The notes under the pieces: model-generated
Seen by the model: the letters and a program-made list of their open reading frames with translations, nothing else
What the model was told of the DNA's origin: nothing
Databases searched by the model: none
Shown: one piece after another, positions 61,641 through 64,000 of the stretch
Layout: every line of letters starts with the position of its first letter
Position numbering within the stretch: the first letter of the stretch is position 1
Source of the DNA: Auanema rhodensis
Lineage: Eukaryota; Animalia; Nematoda
Direction of reading: 5' to 3'
DNA: 64,000 nucleotides
NCBI GenBank assembly: GCA_964057225.1
Contig: OZ059895.1
Location: 6,572,001-6,636,000 of the forward strand
Position numbers and translations under genes: made by a program

Positions 61641-62371
61641 ATTGTTGGTTGTTACCATCTACTTTACCCCCTCTATTATTTTTTTTTCTCAACTCTTTTC
61701 TCCAGGAAGCGCTTAGTTTTGTAAACTACACATCTTCATACTTCTGTTTAGCTAAAAATACTTAAAAAGTCCAAGGATAGGTTGGATCGCAAAGCTATTC
61801 TCACCTTTTTTTTCTAATTTACTTGTTAATTTTCTTCTAACGCCTATTCTATTGCTTTATTCAGTTGCTTATTTGATTTTTCATTTTGTTCGTATTTTTG
61901 CGTTTCTCCTGAAGCAGTCCGCAGTTACACTGCGCATGCGCCTTAGCCATCGTGATTCTGCTCTGCTCAATACCCATTGACGTCTGATATATGTTTATAT
62001 ATATATATATGTATCTGAGATTTTTATTCTATATTCCATTTTATTAGAGATAGCTCCTTTTACGCATGGTGCTTTTCATTATTTTCTTCATTACTGGTTA
62101 AGTTTACGGTGATCTTCAGTTTTACTACTAGCGTAGAAAAATAGGGTTTGTATTTATCACTATCATGGCTATGTCTGATGGGTTTAAAGTATTATCGAAT
62201 ATGAATATATTATATATATTATATAATATTTGTTTATCAGGGTTAAAGATTATTTCACTGTAGTTTTATTATTTATTGTTGGTCTCATGTTCCTGAATTA
62301 CTTGTTTTACCTTTTTCATGAGTCATACTATTTTGTTTGCATCCTTTGTATTTGCTTATTGTTTTAGGTAA

Positions 62372-63895
62372 ATGGAGCCTAATAGCGGAGATGTTAGTAT
62401 GGGAGGCGAACATTGTAATCCCCACACCGGGAATTCTTCTCAGACCGAGATTAAAGTAGAGGTGAGCTTGTCATGTGATAAGTTAATATGCAATTGATTA
62501 TTATTAATTGCAGAAAGTCAATCACAGTTGGACTGTTAAAAACTTTTCACATTGCTATCAGGAATATCTTGAGGTTTTGATTTCTTAATATTAGTCATTT
62601 CCACATGAAGAATCTTAGAATTTCGTGTATCTTACTCGCGGAGAAGAGCAGTTAACATGGTCTATAAAAATATATCCTAAAGGAAATGGAGAGAATAATA
62701 AGGATTTTGTTTTCCTATGTTTGAACCGAGTGGTAATGCTTCTTCTTAGTTAGCTATTGCATTTGTTTACATTTAGGTAAATAATAATAATAGTGGCAAA
62801 TCGACGAAAATCGGATTTAAGTCTCGCTTCATGCTTCGTACAGCCGAACTAAAAGAAATTGAGGTAACCTCTGCTTTTTCAAATATTTTATTTTGATAAC
62901 ATTAATTTTTCATTTAGATGAGAATACATCCTAATCCTTCACATTCCGACTATGTTTCATACATTAAACGAGACGTCCTTTTCCCCCAAATATTGCCTCG
63001 TGATATGATTATTGTGAATGTTGAAATTGATGTAGCTGTAGAAACGATCACAACTACACACGAGCCAATATTGGTAAGATAAAAAAGCATTTTATTCTCT
63101 CAATCATATGGTTTCAGCCCAATTCTAACTGTGAACAGCAATTAGTTGAAGATTACCAAAGACTGTTCCGTGAAGACTTATTAACAGATTTTACTATCAG
63201 AATTGGCGGTCGGGATATTCGAACACATCGGGCAATTCTGGCAGCCAGGTTTTTCCATTTCATAAAGCATTTACAATGTTCAAGTTTTAGATCTCCGGTC
63301 TTTGGCGCTATGCTAATGCATGAGGACACAAATGAAACAAAAACGGTTTGATATATAAGTTATTATGTAGTTCTCAATTGTGGGCTTCAGGGAATATTGG
63401 AAATTAGTGATTTGGATTACGATGTTGTTTATGAAATGGTTTATTATATTTATACTGGACGCTGTCAGCGTGAAATATCTGATATTGCTGGCGACCTTTT
63501 GGTTGCTGCCGATAAGTATCGGCTCGAAGAATTAAAGGTTGGTTTTTTTTTGCCGTGACAAGCTATTTCCTCTTATTTTCAGAGTCACTGTGAAAAACAT
63601 TTAATTGAAAATTTATCGACAGATAGCGTATGCCATCTTTTAGTCTTAGGCGATGTATATGGAGCCCCTCGATTAAGGAATCGTGCTGTACAAGTATGTA
63701 TTGATATTTAAACTTTTACTTATACTTATCTCATTATAGTTGATCCTTTCACGCCCCAAGACGGTAACTAATACTCAAGGGTGGGATGAAATTCTTAAAT
63801 CACATCCTTCACTTGTAACTGACATTGTTAATAACTTCGAAAAGGCTCAGACTGGATGCGGGGAGTCAAGCCAAACTCAAACCCAACCTCAATAA
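62372..63895 (+). CDS. mel-26: MATH-BTB Cullin-3 substrate adaptor
   Basis: SSQTEIKVEKVNHSWTVKNFSHCYQEYLENFVYL, LTWSIKIYPKGNGENNKDFVFLCLNRV, MRIHPNPSHSDYVSYIKRDVLFPQI (recognised as MEL-26-like), and BTB HRAILAARSPVFGAML...AADKYRLEELK. TAA at 63893-63895. Confidence 0.92.
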
Positions 63896-64000
63896 TGAGG
63901 ATCTGTATTTGCAAATGTGGAAATCAATTAGCTGAGCTTTTTGTTTGAATAACATACGCTGCTTTATATATCGTTCTTCGGACTCAGTCAGTGTATCAGT

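Noticed and set aside
61931-61941. TGCGCATGCGC, an NRF1-like palindrome upstream of mel-26
   Set aside because: It is a single occurrence, and I cannot support a cognate factor in this lineage.

Overview
AT-rich genomic DNA from a nematode, probably a rhabditid; the species cannot be determined from sequence alone. Introns are mostly 45-60 nt GT-AG, and start codons often follow trans-splice-like acceptors. Twelve intron-containing genes can be reconstructed. The left block is all on the minus strand: wts-1/LATS (runs off the left edge), a type II membrane coiled-coil protein, uri-1, a secreted PLA2-like protein, a gamma-glutamyl transpeptidase, rsbp-1/R7BP and chaf-1/CAF-1 p150. A ~20 kb gene-free, microsatellite-rich region precedes mef-2 (+, two long introns). 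Then come gei-17/PIAS and nduf-7 (both -), and gld-4/PAPD5 and mel-26 (both +). The most interesting unexplained signals cluster at the convergent mef-2/gei-17 junction. A ~16-bp GC-rich stem begins 7 nt after the mef-2 UGA, which is readthrough-like geometry. A perfect 20-bp palindrome carries AATAAA on both strands, shared by a SUMO-motif protein (MEF-2) and a SUMO E3 ligase. Other candidates are a 45-nt chaf-1/rsbp-1 junction with an all-hairpin 5' UTR, abutting miR-1/miR-100 complementary sites, a candidate poison exon, AG|GT ratchet-like sites and an excess of CRE palindromes. All of these are hypotheses read by eye. Exon boundaries were inferred manually and no database search was run.
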